DNA of 52,011 bases, taken from contig JAUHZB010000006.1 of assembly GCA_030426125.1 (NCBI GenBank), positions 1 through 52,011 of the forward strand, in the 5' to 3' direction. Origin of the DNA: a bacterium. GTDB lineage: Bacteria; Patescibacteriota; Saccharimonadia; Saccharimonadales; AWTP1-31. The first letter of the stretch is position 1, and the number at the start of each line of letters is the position of its first letter. This document shows, piece by piece, positions 38,859 through 48,624 of the stretch. Below the pieces are notes generated by a model that made no database searches, was not told the DNA's origin, and saw only the letters and a list, made by a program, of their open reading frames with translations. The position numbers and the translations under genes were made by a program.

Positions 38859-39563
38859 CTAAGACCTGGTCAACATCGAGTCCTTTGCCCGATCATTGAC
38901 TGTAGCTAATCCTGCCCCAATAATATCCTGGTATATTTTCCTTGGAGTAGACCTGATCAACCGAAGTCCCGGTCTGACAGCTGTCCTGGCAATCCTTATC
39001 TGATTGGCTCTAGTTGGTTCTACTAAAGTAAGTTGGTTACTATAGTCTTGTTCTAAGTCCACTGTTGCATCAATTACTACCCCAAACTGCATGAAATCAT
39101 GCAACCAGTCATTAAATCTACGGTCTTCTTCATTTGCCTCATCTATCTCTAAGAACCGAGCAGTCTCGGAACCTTCGATCAGAGCCAATGAACCAAGAAA
39201 AGTTGCACTATCAGTAGTTCTTTTAGCTAAAGCAATTTCTTTTACTCTACTAGCAGCGCTAACTATTCGTTGCACTTTCTGATACTCCCAACTTTCAGTA
39301 ATTTGTTGGGCATCAAAGCCATACCTATCTGTTGACAGTTCACCAGCAACAACTTCATCTAATAACTGATCAAAAGCAGTTGAGTTATCCGAAAATAGTC
39401 TAGTAGTATCATCAATCACGTTATCTAAGGCGTAAGCTGAAGATATTAAATATCGCCACTCAACAAATTGTTGTGGCTCAACATCAACACCCATGGCTGT
39501 GGCCGCGTCATACAGTATCTTACTGCCTCTTTCGTATTTATGTTCTGGATTACTTTCACTCAT
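38859..39563 (-). CDS. class I isoprenoid synthase-fold-like protein
   Basis: All-helical with two Asp-rich motifs, LDNVIDD and IDATVDLEQD. Confidence 0.5.
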   Translation of the reverse strand: MSESNPEHKYERGSKILYDAATAMGVDVEPQQFVEWRYLISSAYALDNVIDDTTRLFSDNSTAFDQLLDEVVAGELSTDRYGFDAQQITESWEYQKVQRIVSAASRVKEIALAKRTTDSATFLGSLALIEGSETARFLEIDEANEEDRRFNDWLHDFMQFGVVIDATVDLEQDYSNQLTLVEPTRANQIRIARTAVRPGLRLIRSTPRKIYQDIIGAGLATVNDRAKDSMLTRS

Positions 39564-39565
39564 AA

Positions 39566-40315
39566 CTAATAGGCCTCCTGTTCTTGTTTAGCCGACATCC
39601 TTAAGCGCCCGGTTACTGTTTTGCCCAGTAAAGAAAATGTATCCATTAAAATACGCGTATCTTCAGCAAAGGATGCTTTCTCCAAAATATATTCAGACTC
39701 AGTATCTATTCTCTGACTTAGGCGCTGGGCATCATCACCCTCAATCTCATAACCATGATGCATGACGGCGAAATTATCAAAAATACCAGGTAAAGCTAAG
39801 GCTCTAATCTTCAGCCATTCATCGGCATGTTTTGGACCAACTAATCTTCTAGCATTATCTGTGACTTCAGCAATTAATGGCCTAGGGCCAATTATTGCCA
39901 TTTCTCTACGGGCTACATTAATTAACTGTGGAGCCTCATCAATCCTCAGTAAACTCAATATCCTGCCGAGTTTACTCCTCCGGGGATCGTAATGTCGTCC
40001 ATTACTATGTGTTAAATCAGTTACACCCGGCATGGTTCTCAATTTGTTAATAACATATGGCTCCATCATATGACCCTGGCGTTCTTGGCGCAGTAACGGT
40101 TTCTCTTTGTCGATAAGACGCACACCAGCTGCGCCAGCAACTGTGGGCCCAATTGCAAACGGTAACACTGCAGCAGTCCAGACGAAGTCAAAAAGGTCTT
40201 TTCCTGGACCATGTAAATATGGCTGGCCAATTGGCATGTCTTCAGGGGAGAACAATTCTGGCTCGGCGAGTCGCTCTATTAGGTGGCTGTAATCAGGAGG
40301 TTGGTTATTGGGCAT
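39566..40315 (-). CDS. monotopic phosphoglycosyl transferase (bacterial sugar transferase family)
   Basis: K..FD, Q.R.G, KLRTM, D.R....G..L....IDEAPQLINV...EM.IIGPRP, PGI. Confidence 0.9.
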   Translation of the reverse strand: MPNNQPPDYSHLIERLAEPELFSPEDMPIGQPYLHGPGKDLFDFVWTAAVLPFAIGPTVAGAAGVRLIDKEKPLLRQERQGHMMEPYVINKLRTMPGVTDLTHSNGRHYDPRRSKLGRILSLLRIDEAPQLINVARREMAIIGPRPLIAEVTDNARRLVGPKHADEWLKIRALALPGIFDNFAVMHHGYEIEGDDAQRLSQRIDTESEYILEKASFAEDTRILMDTFSLLGKTVTGRLRMSAKQEQEAY

Positions 40316-40550
40316 TTATGGATATTTCTAAAACCGGTCAATATGTTTAGTAGATTATATACACCTCTGTTGTGCACATTGCAAGCATAAGAGTGTTGAG
40401 AACCAATATCATCTAATGGTCCGACCAACAAAACGCTAGATATCTACTATCTACAAAGATACCAAGGATCTACACCATCCTCGTCGACCTGTCCAATAAG
40501 TTCTGGGCGCCGTACGGATATATCTGACTTATCTACAAGTTGAGACATGA

Positions 40551-40823
40551 GAGAATAGGCTACAAAAATCTCCTCGTCTACCTCCTTGTAGTAATCGCGA
40601 TCGTCGACTGTTTTTCGTATTAGCGATACCGTCAGGTCAGGGCATAGGAACGAGGACTACTCAAGAGATATTCGATATTGCCAGAGAGCAACTCCAAGCT
40701 AAAGGCATGGTTGCCTATGTGTATGATGATAACCTCGCAAGTCAGGCAGTCGTTAATAAGCATAGCTTTGAGAGACTCGATGAATTCGATGATGGCGATA
40801 GACGCTACGAACTGGAATTCTAA
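40551..40823 (+). pseudogene. GNAT acetyltransferase remnant
   Basis: Frame reads ...GQGIGTRTTQEIFDIAREQLQAKGMVAYVYDDNLASQAVVNKHSF...*; a TGA at 40548 blocks it and there is no proper upstream start. Confidence 0.55.
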
Positions 40824-40991
40824 TTATATTACTGTAAGTTAGTGGACATGGTGTCCAAAACATGTCGCACATTGTGCATTCAGCGACGTGCCCTAACAGG
40901 GGTAGAGCCATTTATTTAGCGACAAAAGGCTTTGTCAAGGGCTACTGCTTGCAACCCCCACCCCTGCTAAAAAGCATATTATACAATGTCG

Positions 40992-41915
40992 CTAATTTTG
41001 CATTAAATCCTTGTCGAATAATGGCAGAATGTCGGATTTGAGCTGGTCCATTAGCGGGTTATTATCTTGAGTATTTGTGATTGTCCTAAAAGTGAGATTC
41101 AGCATAGAAACATCGGTACTTGATTTAACTATCGTAGAGTAATGGAGTATCATTGCTGGGAGCCTCTTGCCTGGAAGTCTACTTTTCTTCTTCCATATTT
41201 CTTTATGTCTATATATTAGTTGTTCGAGCTGTTCGGATATATATGCGTACGCCGTTTGTGGTGAATACGATGCAAGTAAGTATTCAGGGTCATTGATAAG
41301 CCTATTAACCGAGATAGCAACTACTCCAATGTATGATTGCTCTTTATTGCTAAGTGTTTTCTTAACTTGTTTCATCGCATCTTTTACATTTGCATTCAGC
41401 TTCTTCGCCGAACTCAGTCTTTTACATTCAATAACGTAATGTCTCCCGTCAACTATAAGTAGAATATCTGGATTAGGCTCCTGAAGGTAAGCCTCTAATC
41501 CTACATTCAAAAAGTCACATAGCAAGGACAGCTCAAACTGTACATTTCTTGATTCATTATTTGTAACGCTCTCGCTAACGGGGCTTAGCGATCCGCTTGA
41601 TAGCACTTTTATTTTCATAGCAAGCACTTCATCATCCTGCTTGCACTTATCTATGTTGTCTAGAATGTATTTCAATTCCAACATTTCACTCAACGCATAA
41701 TCTAGCTCAGCATTCTTGTTATACGTTTTAATGAACTGTTCGCTTTTAACCTTGTCTTGATACACAGGAATAAAACGCTCAATAAGGTCAAATGCCTGAT
41801 ATATACGATTGTGAGGACTTATAGAACCCTCAATGCCTAGCCTTTTTACTAATGCTTCGTAATCTTCTCTTGATTCAAGAATATCTCGATATGAAGTTAG
41901 GGGTATATTTTTCAT
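40992..41915 (-). CDS. PD-(D/E)xK nuclease-fold hypothetical protein
   Basis: FEL...E..NPDILLIVDGRHYVIECKRL motif. Confidence 0.6.
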   Translation of the reverse strand: MKNIPLTSYRDILESREDYEALVKRLGIEGSISPHNRIYQAFDLIERFIPVYQDKVKSEQFIKTYNKNAELDYALSEMLELKYILDNIDKCKQDDEVLAMKIKVLSSGSLSPVSESVTNNESRNVQFELSLLCDFLNVGLEAYLQEPNPDILLIVDGRHYVIECKRLSSAKKLNANVKDAMKQVKKTLSNKEQSYIGVVAISVNRLINDPEYLLASYSPQTAYAYISEQLEQLIYRHKEIWKKKSRLPGKRLPAMILHYSTIVKSSTDVSMLNLTFRTITNTQDNNPLMDQLKSDILPLFDKDLMQN

Positions 41916-41936
41916 GACTAGTCATCACCTCAATCC

Positions 41937-42419
41937 CTACTTCTTATTCTTTTCCATTTCATTACGAACTACAACTGCAACCAAAGATGTAATGATAGTT
42001 GTTACTGGTAAGGTACTCCAAAACTTGTCCCACTTTTGGTCGCTAGTAGATTCAAAGCCGTTATCTGCATAGGTTATACAACTACCTCGTGGATCGTCAT
42101 CGTATTCTTCGCACGAGGGTCTTCCAAGGTTAATAGCCAGGAACCCACTAATTACTATTGCTGCGATAAATCCAACTATCAAAAATGGCAACAACTTTCC
42201 TTTTTCGGCATCCCTCTTTATCCATTCCCAGCCGAATGCGCCAACCAACAGCACTACACATATTACAGCTCCGATACCAAGCCCCCACAGAAACCCAGAT
42301 ATGGGGCTAGAATCACCTAAGAACTCCAGAATCGCACCCATGACACCGAACATAAACACGGGGATCAACATTAGCAGATAAAGTGCCTTCGGCATTTCTT
42401 TGTTTTTGTTTTCTGGCAT
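41937..42419 (-). CDS. four-TM membrane protein
   Basis: Four hydrophobic helices; loop with 2 Cys. Confidence 0.7.
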   Translation of the reverse strand: MPENKNKEMPKALYLLMLIPVFMFGVMGAILEFLGDSSPISGFLWGLGIGAVICVVLLVGAFGWEWIKRDAEKGKLLPFLIVGFIAAIVISGFLAINLGRPSCEEYDDDPRGSCITYADNGFESTSDQKWDKFWSTLPVTTIITSLVAVVVRNEMEKNKK

Positions 42420-43078
42420 TAGCTAGCAGACTTTCGGTTAATGATTATCTCCGTAACTTCCATACTCTTTGGCAATTCGGTAATTTGCTTAACAAAGGTG
42501 GCTATATCAGATGGATTCATCCAGTTCTCTGGGTCTGAGATGTCTTTGCCAGTAACCTTCTTAGCAATATCTGAATTAAAACCACCGACACACAAACTCA
42601 CAACACGATTAGTGTCTTTAAGCTCAATTTGCAAGTTCTGACTGAAGCCTCGCATAGCCCACTTTGAAGCACCATAGGCAGCTTGGTCAGGATATGCCTT
42701 CAGTCCAACTGTAGATGCAACATTAACAATATCTGTACGATCATTCTTTAGCCGTTCTGCAAGGCCTGAAACAAGCAACATGGCAGCTCTTACATTAACC
42801 CCAAAAGTTCGGTCAATCTCACTAGCGGAAATACTATCTAATGACTCAAGACTCATTACACCTGCACAATTTACAAGTAACTCAATCGGCTCCCCCATTG
42901 CCAAAATCCGCTCAACCGTCTTTGTAATTTCTTGTTCCAGCAATAAGTCAGTCAGCAAATTATCATCAGCATACTCGCTTTTTCGACGTGATACATTGAC
43001 TACTTTCTTACCTGATTCTTTGTATGTTTTCGCAAGCTCAAGACCCAGTCCATCACTTGCCCCTGTAATAATTATCAT
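42419..43078 (-). CDS. short-chain dehydrogenase/reductase
   Basis: ITGASDGLG, VNCAG, VNVAS, YGASK. Confidence 0.95.
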   Translation of the reverse strand: MIIITGASDGLGLELAKTYKESGKKVVNVSRRKSEYADDNLLTDLLLEQEITKTVERILAMGEPIELLVNCAGVMSLESLDSISASEIDRTFGVNVRAAMLLVSGLAERLKNDRTDIVNVASTVGLKAYPDQAAYGASKWAMRGFSQNLQIELKDTNRVVSLCVGGFNSDIAKKVTGKDISDPENWMNPSDIATFVKQITELPKSMEVTEIIINRKSAS

Positions 43079-43174
43079 AAATTAATGATAACAGCGAAAA
43101 TTAGTAATTTCCAGATACAACATATTTATCTTGCACACAAATTACTATTGATGGGCAAAACTACAGCTCAAATT

Positions 43175-43196
43175 AAAAGAACCCTAGAAAGGGTTC
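43175..43196 (-). terminator. probable terminator after tRNA-Pro
   Basis: GAACCCT-AGAA-AGGGTTC hairpin followed by TTTT on the minus strand. Confidence 0.6.
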
Positions 43197-43218
43197 GTAA
43201 ATCGAATAATTTCATTCA

Positions 43219-43295
43219 TGGTCGGGGTGAAAGGACTTGAACCTTCGACCTCCGCGTCCCAAACGCGGCGCGCTAGCCAACTGCGCCACACCCCG
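43219..43295 (-). tRNA. tRNA-Pro (TGG)
   Basis: Reverse complement CGGGGTGTGGCGCAG...CCGCG-TT-TGG-GA-CGCGG...GGTTCAAGTCC...CGACCA. Confidence 0.97.
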
Positions 43296-43388
43296 ATAGG
43301 TGTGATAATAAAATAACTCCGACATTATAGCAGAGTTAACAGCGGTCAGTACAGCCCTCGTCTATTTTCTCCAAATATTGTTTAAAAT

Positions 43389-44027
43389 CTAAAGATCAAT
43401 ATCTACCGGCTTATTGTTTTCAATCACAATAAACTTGGTGTTTTTTTGAGACAAACTATCCGCAAACCTACTGTATACGCTATCCTTCCACTGCTGATTC
43501 CACATCCAATCGTGCACTGGAATAACGTATTTAGGCGCTAATTGTAATGCCTTATCTAATGCCATTACAGTTGTACCCCAAGGTGCTTGTACCGGGAGCA
43601 GTAGAATATCTTTAGATGCGGATATATCTAGAGTGTCACCAACTATACTAAGTTTATCTTGGTAGTCTACTCTTAGGTTCTTACAGTTATTACCAAATGG
43701 TTCAACTTCAGCATGGTCCATCTCAGTAACTGTAAAGCCATCAACTGATTCATTAGTCAGTTTAGCTACTCCATAGGCACGTAAGGCCTCATGAGCGTCA
43801 GAAGCTGCGATCCATTGAGCATCCGGGAATTTACCTACTAAGGCTTCAACGAACGGCTTAGCTAAATGATCGCCGTGCTTATGAGTAGCAATAACTGCAT
43901 CTAGTTTTGGTAGGTTACTAAGCTCAATCCCCCCGAAATTCCAAGCCTGAATGCCGGGATCAATTAAAAAACAAAACTGCCCGTCTTCTACTAAAACGCA
44001 GGAATGCTCAAATTTTGTTATCTTCAT
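43389..44027 (-). CDS. MBL-fold metallo-hydrolase (UlaG-like)
   Basis: HSC, LIDP, THKHGDH, GDT, VIPVHD. Confidence 0.9.
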   Translation of the reverse strand: MKITKFEHSCVLVEDGQFCFLIDPGIQAWNFGGIELSNLPKLDAVIATHKHGDHLAKPFVEALVGKFPDAQWIAASDAHEALRAYGVAKLTNESVDGFTVTEMDHAEVEPFGNNCKNLRVDYQDKLSIVGDTLDISASKDILLLPVQAPWGTTVMALDKALQLAPKYVIPVHDWMWNQQWKDSVYSRFADSLSQKNTKFIVIENNKPVDIDL

Positions 44028-44091
44028 GTATACCCCTTTTCTAATATATTATCTTTACTTATGTACTGAGTTTACTGAGCATGCTATAAAG

Positions 44092-44274
44092 TCAGAACTT
44101 ATTCTTATAGTTCTGGCCGAAGGCCCCAGTAATAGCGGCTAGTAAGAAAATGATGAAGGCGATTAGAAATTTAGCTAGTATAGCTAAGACAATTGATACG
44201 GCTATCATGACCAGGGCTATAGTAATTAACTGGTGCTGTAGCTTAGGTTCTGGTGGTATATCTATATCTGACAT
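44092..44274 (-). CDS. small two-TM membrane protein
   Basis: 60 aa, hydrophobic hairpin, GAGG SD. Confidence 0.6.
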   Translation of the reverse strand: MSDIDIPPEPKLQHQLITIALVMIAVSIVLAILAKFLIAFIIFLLAAITGAFGQNYKNKF

Positions 44275-44342
44275 ATATCCTCTATAAGATATTATACACC
44301 CTTAAAACCGATTCAATCTCGGAGACTAAAATTGTTGCCTAA

Positions 44343-45857
44343 CTACTTAGCGAATTCTATAGCTCGAGTTTCCCGAATTACATTAACTTTAATCGTTCCT
44401 GGATACTGCATAGTACTTTCGATCTTAGTAGCTATATCTCTAGCTAGCTTTATGGCTGAAAGATCATCTACGTTATTTGGTTTTACGAAAACTCGCACTT
44501 CACGTCCAGCACTAATAGCGTATGACTTATCTATACCATTAAATCCATTAGCAATGTTTTCTAGTTCTTTCATACGCTCTGCGAAGTTCTCAGCCGAGAT
44601 ATTCCTTGCCCCCGGGCGAGCCGCACTTATAGCATCTACTACTCGAACAATAACGGCTTCAGTACTAGTGGTATCAACATCATCGTGGTGCTGTTCAGCA
44701 GCCAGAGCAACTGCTTCCGGTGCTCCATACTTACGAAGCATTTCACCACTAATGTGATGGTGCTTGCCTTCCATCTTGTGAGTTAGGGCTTTTCCAAGAT
44801 CATGGACTAGGGCTGCATACTTAGTGACCTTAACGTCAGCACCAACCTCTTCAGCTATGATACCGGCTATATGGGCCATTTCAGTGGAGTGTTTTAGGAC
44901 GTTTTGCCCATAACTAGTTCTAAACTTAAGTTCTCCTAATAGCTGTAATACTTCTTTTGGAATTCCAAGTACTCCAACTTCCCTGGCTGCATCTTCACCA
45001 GCTCTAGTAATTTCTTTTTGAACATTAGTCTGTGCTTTGGCGACCACTTCTTCGATTCTACCCGGGTGAATACGACCATCTTTCATTAGCATTTCTAGAG
45101 CTACCTTGGCTACCTCACGGCGAACCGGGTCAAAAGAACTAAGGATAATCATACCAGGAGTATCATCTACCATGATATCTACTCCAGTAGCTCGCTGAAG
45201 GGCTTGGATGTTGCGTCCTTCTTTTCCAATTATTCGACCCTTCATTTCTTCGTCTTCTAACTTAACAGCTGATACTGTCCGTTCAGTTGTTACATCACTA
45301 GCCATTCGTTCCATGGCTGCTGTGATAATAACGGCGGCTTTTTCTTCAGCAGCGTCTTGAGCTTCGTTCTGTAGCTTGGCTACAAGTCCAGTTAGATCAC
45401 TCTTAATGTCTCTCTCTGTCATTTTCATTAGCTTGTCAGCAGCGTCTTCTTTAGTTAGTTTTGCAACTTTCTCTAGCTTCTCTTGCTGTTTCTTACGAAT
45501 TTCACGAATTTCGTTTTTCAGTTCTTCAACTTCGTCTTCACCTTTACGAAGCTTTTCATTACGCTTATCTAGCTGATCTAGCTTTTTGTCCAAAGTTTCT
45601 TGGCGCTCTAGAATTTTATCTTCTAGAACTTTTAGTTCTTTTCGGCGACTTTGCTCATCTTTTCTAGCATCATCGGCTAACTTCTTAGCTTCATCTCTCG
45701 CATCCTGTATTTGTTTGTCTGCCTCTTTCTTAGCTTTCTTCAGCTCTTTGTTAGCAGCCTCTTGAGCGCTACCTAATTTCTTTTTTGTTACTACTGTGCT
45801 GGTACCAAAACCAACACCAAGGCCAACCAAAGCTAGGCCAATGGTTATAGGATCCAT
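44343..45857 (-). CDS. rny: ribonuclease Y
   Basis: N-terminal TM, coiled coil, KH domain (KGRIIGKEGRNI), HD domain (LVHDLGK), SAARPGAR, IRETRA. Confidence 0.98.
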   Translation of the reverse strand: MDPITIGLALVGLGVGFGTSTVVTKKKLGSAQEAANKELKKAKKEADKQIQDARDEAKKLADDARKDEQSRRKELKVLEDKILERQETLDKKLDQLDKRNEKLRKGEDEVEELKNEIREIRKKQQEKLEKVAKLTKEDAADKLMKMTERDIKSDLTGLVAKLQNEAQDAAEEKAAVIITAAMERMASDVTTERTVSAVKLEDEEMKGRIIGKEGRNIQALQRATGVDIMVDDTPGMIILSSFDPVRREVAKVALEMLMKDGRIHPGRIEEVVAKAQTNVQKEITRAGEDAAREVGVLGIPKEVLQLLGELKFRTSYGQNVLKHSTEMAHIAGIIAEEVGADVKVTKYAALVHDLGKALTHKMEGKHHHISGEMLRKYGAPEAVALAAEQHHDDVDTTSTEAVIVRVVDAISAARPGARNISAENFAERMKELENIANGFNGIDKSYAISAGREVRVFVKPNNVDDLSAIKLARDIATKIESTMQYPGTIKVNVIRETRAIEFAK

Positions 45858-46069
45858 AGAATTCCTTTCATGATTCAGATAACAAAGACATCACTATCAC
45901 ATCTTTAGTCTTATTGATATCTGTTAGTTCAGTTTAATAAATATCACACGTGGACGCTAGAATAAGTCTCTTGTCCTGTGCTTAATTATAGATCAAGATT
46001 AATACATCGACAAACGATAACTATTTTCTAGCATTTGATAGCCTAGTACTACAGGCCTATTGTTAGCTG

Positions 46070-47590
46070 CTAGTTTGCTTCAATGCGACGTAAAGCTGCA
46101 TTAATTACAAAGTCTGGCTCAAAGCCAATTCCAACGGTTCGCTCAACTCGCCCGCCAACTGCTGATGCGCGATAATTAACTAGTTGTCCACTGGGAATTT
46201 CTTTAGATAACTGAACCGATCCGCCATCTGTCCCAAGATCTTTGTGATAATACGCTTTCACTAAAGATGGCCTATGAACTTCGTTATCTAAGCTAGAGAG
46301 CTTTTCTCCTGCTGGTAATATTTCAGCCTCCTCTAATAGAATTTCTAAAGCTTGATCACTTAAAACAGGCTGTAAGCCCCCGGCCTTTTCTATTTGAGCA
46401 CTACGCTCAGATTGTTCCGGTAATTCATATCTAGTACCGGCTCGGTCCTCGCGTTTGCCGTTCCCTAAATCAATAGACAAAGGCACACTATAAACTAAGT
46501 CACGATCAGTCCCACCTTGTAGTCCTATTAAATATCGCAAGCGATTTGCGTCTGGCTCTCCAGGGCGTTTAAACAATGGCAATTCGGTTGGATCTTTAAT
46601 AATATCAGTAGCTTGATCGATCAATTTATGCAGTCTCTGTGTCTGTTCAGCTACCAACTCAGCGTCTTCATTAAGTCCAGCCTCTTCTAATCTAGTTTTA
46701 ATGGCATCAAGTTTTTTGAAAACTAGTGCTTCAGGCGATTTTTCTTTATCTGCCAAAGCCTCTTCTTCAGCAGTATTTCGAACTCTTTCACTAATTGTGT
46801 CTATAGTCTTTTGCTCCTCAGGACTCAATTCTTTTGGCATACCGTGCATTAGTTTCGCAACGGCCTTATCACCAGCCCTAGTTACTTCTTTGTCGAGCTC
46901 ATCAATAGCTTCAGAGGAAGAAGAATCGGTTTCCGGGGAGATGTTGCCGCTAGCCATTTCTGAAATAGAGTCTTCAGCCTGCTCTGGCTCACCTTCAGAA
47001 GTAAGCATCGGTCTGTTTCCTTCACCAAGGTCGATAACTTCTTCATCTGATGCTGGCTTGTCGGGTTCTTGCTCATTATCAACACCGAGTGCGACGTCAC
47101 CAATCTCTTCAGCTGTCTCAGGGTCCGACGGTAGACTATCGGTTACCTGTCTTTCAGGGGTAGGATTACCGTCAACTCCAGGTTGTGGCGGTACCGATAT
47201 CTCATCAGCTCCTGGTTGAGGCGGTATAGATATTCTATCAGTAGCTACCTCCGGAGTTGTTATACCTATTTGCCTGGCATTTCCTGTAGACGAATCAGTT
47301 TCTTCTGTTTCTGGCGCCGGTGGAATTGATACTTCAGCTTTAGATTCCGGCATATCAACTACATGTGGTTCATCCATAGCATCACCAACAGTAGGTTGAT
47401 GGTGTCCTAAACCACCACTGCTCTCTATGGTTACTGGAGATTCAGATCGATCCAAATCAGGGTCAACTGGAGAAGATGCTATTAAATCAATTTCTTCAGG
47501 ATTTGGCACACCGGCACCTGCTGATGGTTGTGGTGGTATATTAGCTGATGGCGCAATAACATCGTCCATCCTTATATTTCCGTCATTCAT
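46070..47590 (-). CDS. hypothetical protein with long acidic/Pro-rich disordered N-terminus
   Basis: 506-aa ORF; repeated IPPQP motifs; globular-looking C-half. Confidence 0.7.
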   Translation of the reverse strand: MNDGNIRMDDVIAPSANIPPQPSAGAGVPNPEEIDLIASSPVDPDLDRSESPVTIESSGGLGHHQPTVGDAMDEPHVVDMPESKAEVSIPPAPETEETDSSTGNARQIGITTPEVATDRISIPPQPGADEISVPPQPGVDGNPTPERQVTDSLPSDPETAEEIGDVALGVDNEQEPDKPASDEEVIDLGEGNRPMLTSEGEPEQAEDSISEMASGNISPETDSSSSEAIDELDKEVTRAGDKAVAKLMHGMPKELSPEEQKTIDTISERVRNTAEEEALADKEKSPEALVFKKLDAIKTRLEEAGLNEDAELVAEQTQRLHKLIDQATDIIKDPTELPLFKRPGEPDANRLRYLIGLQGGTDRDLVYSVPLSIDLGNGKREDRAGTRYELPEQSERSAQIEKAGGLQPVLSDQALEILLEEAEILPAGEKLSSLDNEVHRPSLVKAYYHKDLGTDGGSVQLSKEIPSGQLVNYRASAVGGRVERTVGIGFEPDFVINAALRRIEAN

Positions 47591-47653
47591 CTGTTTATTT
47601 CCTGTTTAGCTTAAGCATATACTATGAAAATTAAGCAAATCTGTCAATTTCGC

Positions 47654-48544
47654 TCAGATCTGTGATGCATATATCACTAATCTTTCCGGATAGTCGTTAC
47701 TGGTTGAATTTAGCTCACCAGTGCAGGTTATTAGATTTAATCCTGGCTTTCCTTCTTCGATTGGAAGCATAGCTTTGGCCATATCAGTCTCCTCAGTAGG
47801 TGTTACAGCGCTACTAACCACCTCGTACTTGAAAGTCTTGCCATCTCCGCGTTCAACTTCAATAATGTCACCAATAGCTAAAGTCTTTAGGCCGAAAAAT
47901 GCACCCTCAGTGGTTGGACCATGGACATGCCCATCAATTAGCATCGCGCCGGCTTGACCAGGTTTACTACTTTGGTTATACCAGCCTGTGTCATAAACAT
48001 TTCCTGGAGCCATTAGAGTTCCTTTATTGTCGAGGCCCATATTTATTATCCTAGATTTAACGCCTAGCTTATCTATGGATAAAATTCTAGGCATATCTGG
48101 GGCGACTTGGTAGCTAGCTAGATCATCATCGCTGGGCTTTTGTTCGACCGGTATCTCTCCATCCTCCTGGTTAGCTACTGCTTGAACCTGAGCTTCAACA
48201 TTCTTATTGGTTCTAAAGCCCATAAAGGCCACACCCAGACCAGCCATAAAGACAATTACAGCCATAGCGGTTATTACTCTAGGCATAGTTAGTAGTCGCT
48301 GCTTTTGCTTGGCAGCAACAGGACGAGCGGTAATGTTGCGTTGAATAACCTGAGATTGGCTAACCCGCTTAACTGGCGGTCGTACTGGAGCTGATGCCAC
48401 TGGAGTGGTTTTCATTTCTTGAATATCACTAATTAACTGCCTTGCCACCACACTAGGTTTAGTGGACATGTACGAACCCCGTCCGAATTGTTTAAATCGG
48501 CCATTGAACGTGGGATTGTCTAAACCTATTTTTTCTTGTGACAT
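47654..48544 (-). CDS. class F sortase
   Basis: TM anchor; P..L.I..LGV, GWY, PG..G...I.GHV, LNLITC, catalytic Arg in ERLVIYA. Confidence 0.9.
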   Translation of the reverse strand: MSQEKIGLDNPTFNGRFKQFGRGSYMSTKPSVVARQLISDIQEMKTTPVASAPVRPPVKRVSQSQVIQRNITARPVAAKQKQRLLTMPRVITAMAVIVFMAGLGVAFMGFRTNKNVEAQVQAVANQEDGEIPVEQKPSDDDLASYQVAPDMPRILSIDKLGVKSRIINMGLDNKGTLMAPGNVYDTGWYNQSSKPGQAGAMLIDGHVHGPTTEGAFFGLKTLAIGDIIEVERGDGKTFKYEVVSSAVTPTEETDMAKAMLPIEEGKPGLNLITCTGELNSTSNDYPERLVIYASQI

Positions 48545-48624
48545 TTTTGTTTTCTAGCTTATGCTTAGACACATAATACTTAATTAATTACAGCGTTGTC
48601 AAGGTGAAAGAAAATCCAGGAAGA

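Noticed and set aside
46701-47219. 172-aa plus-strand Ser-rich ORF and similar antisense ORFs (e.g. 44332..44757, 49162..49542, 17016..17396)
   Set aside because: Shadow frames of better-supported genes on the opposite strand
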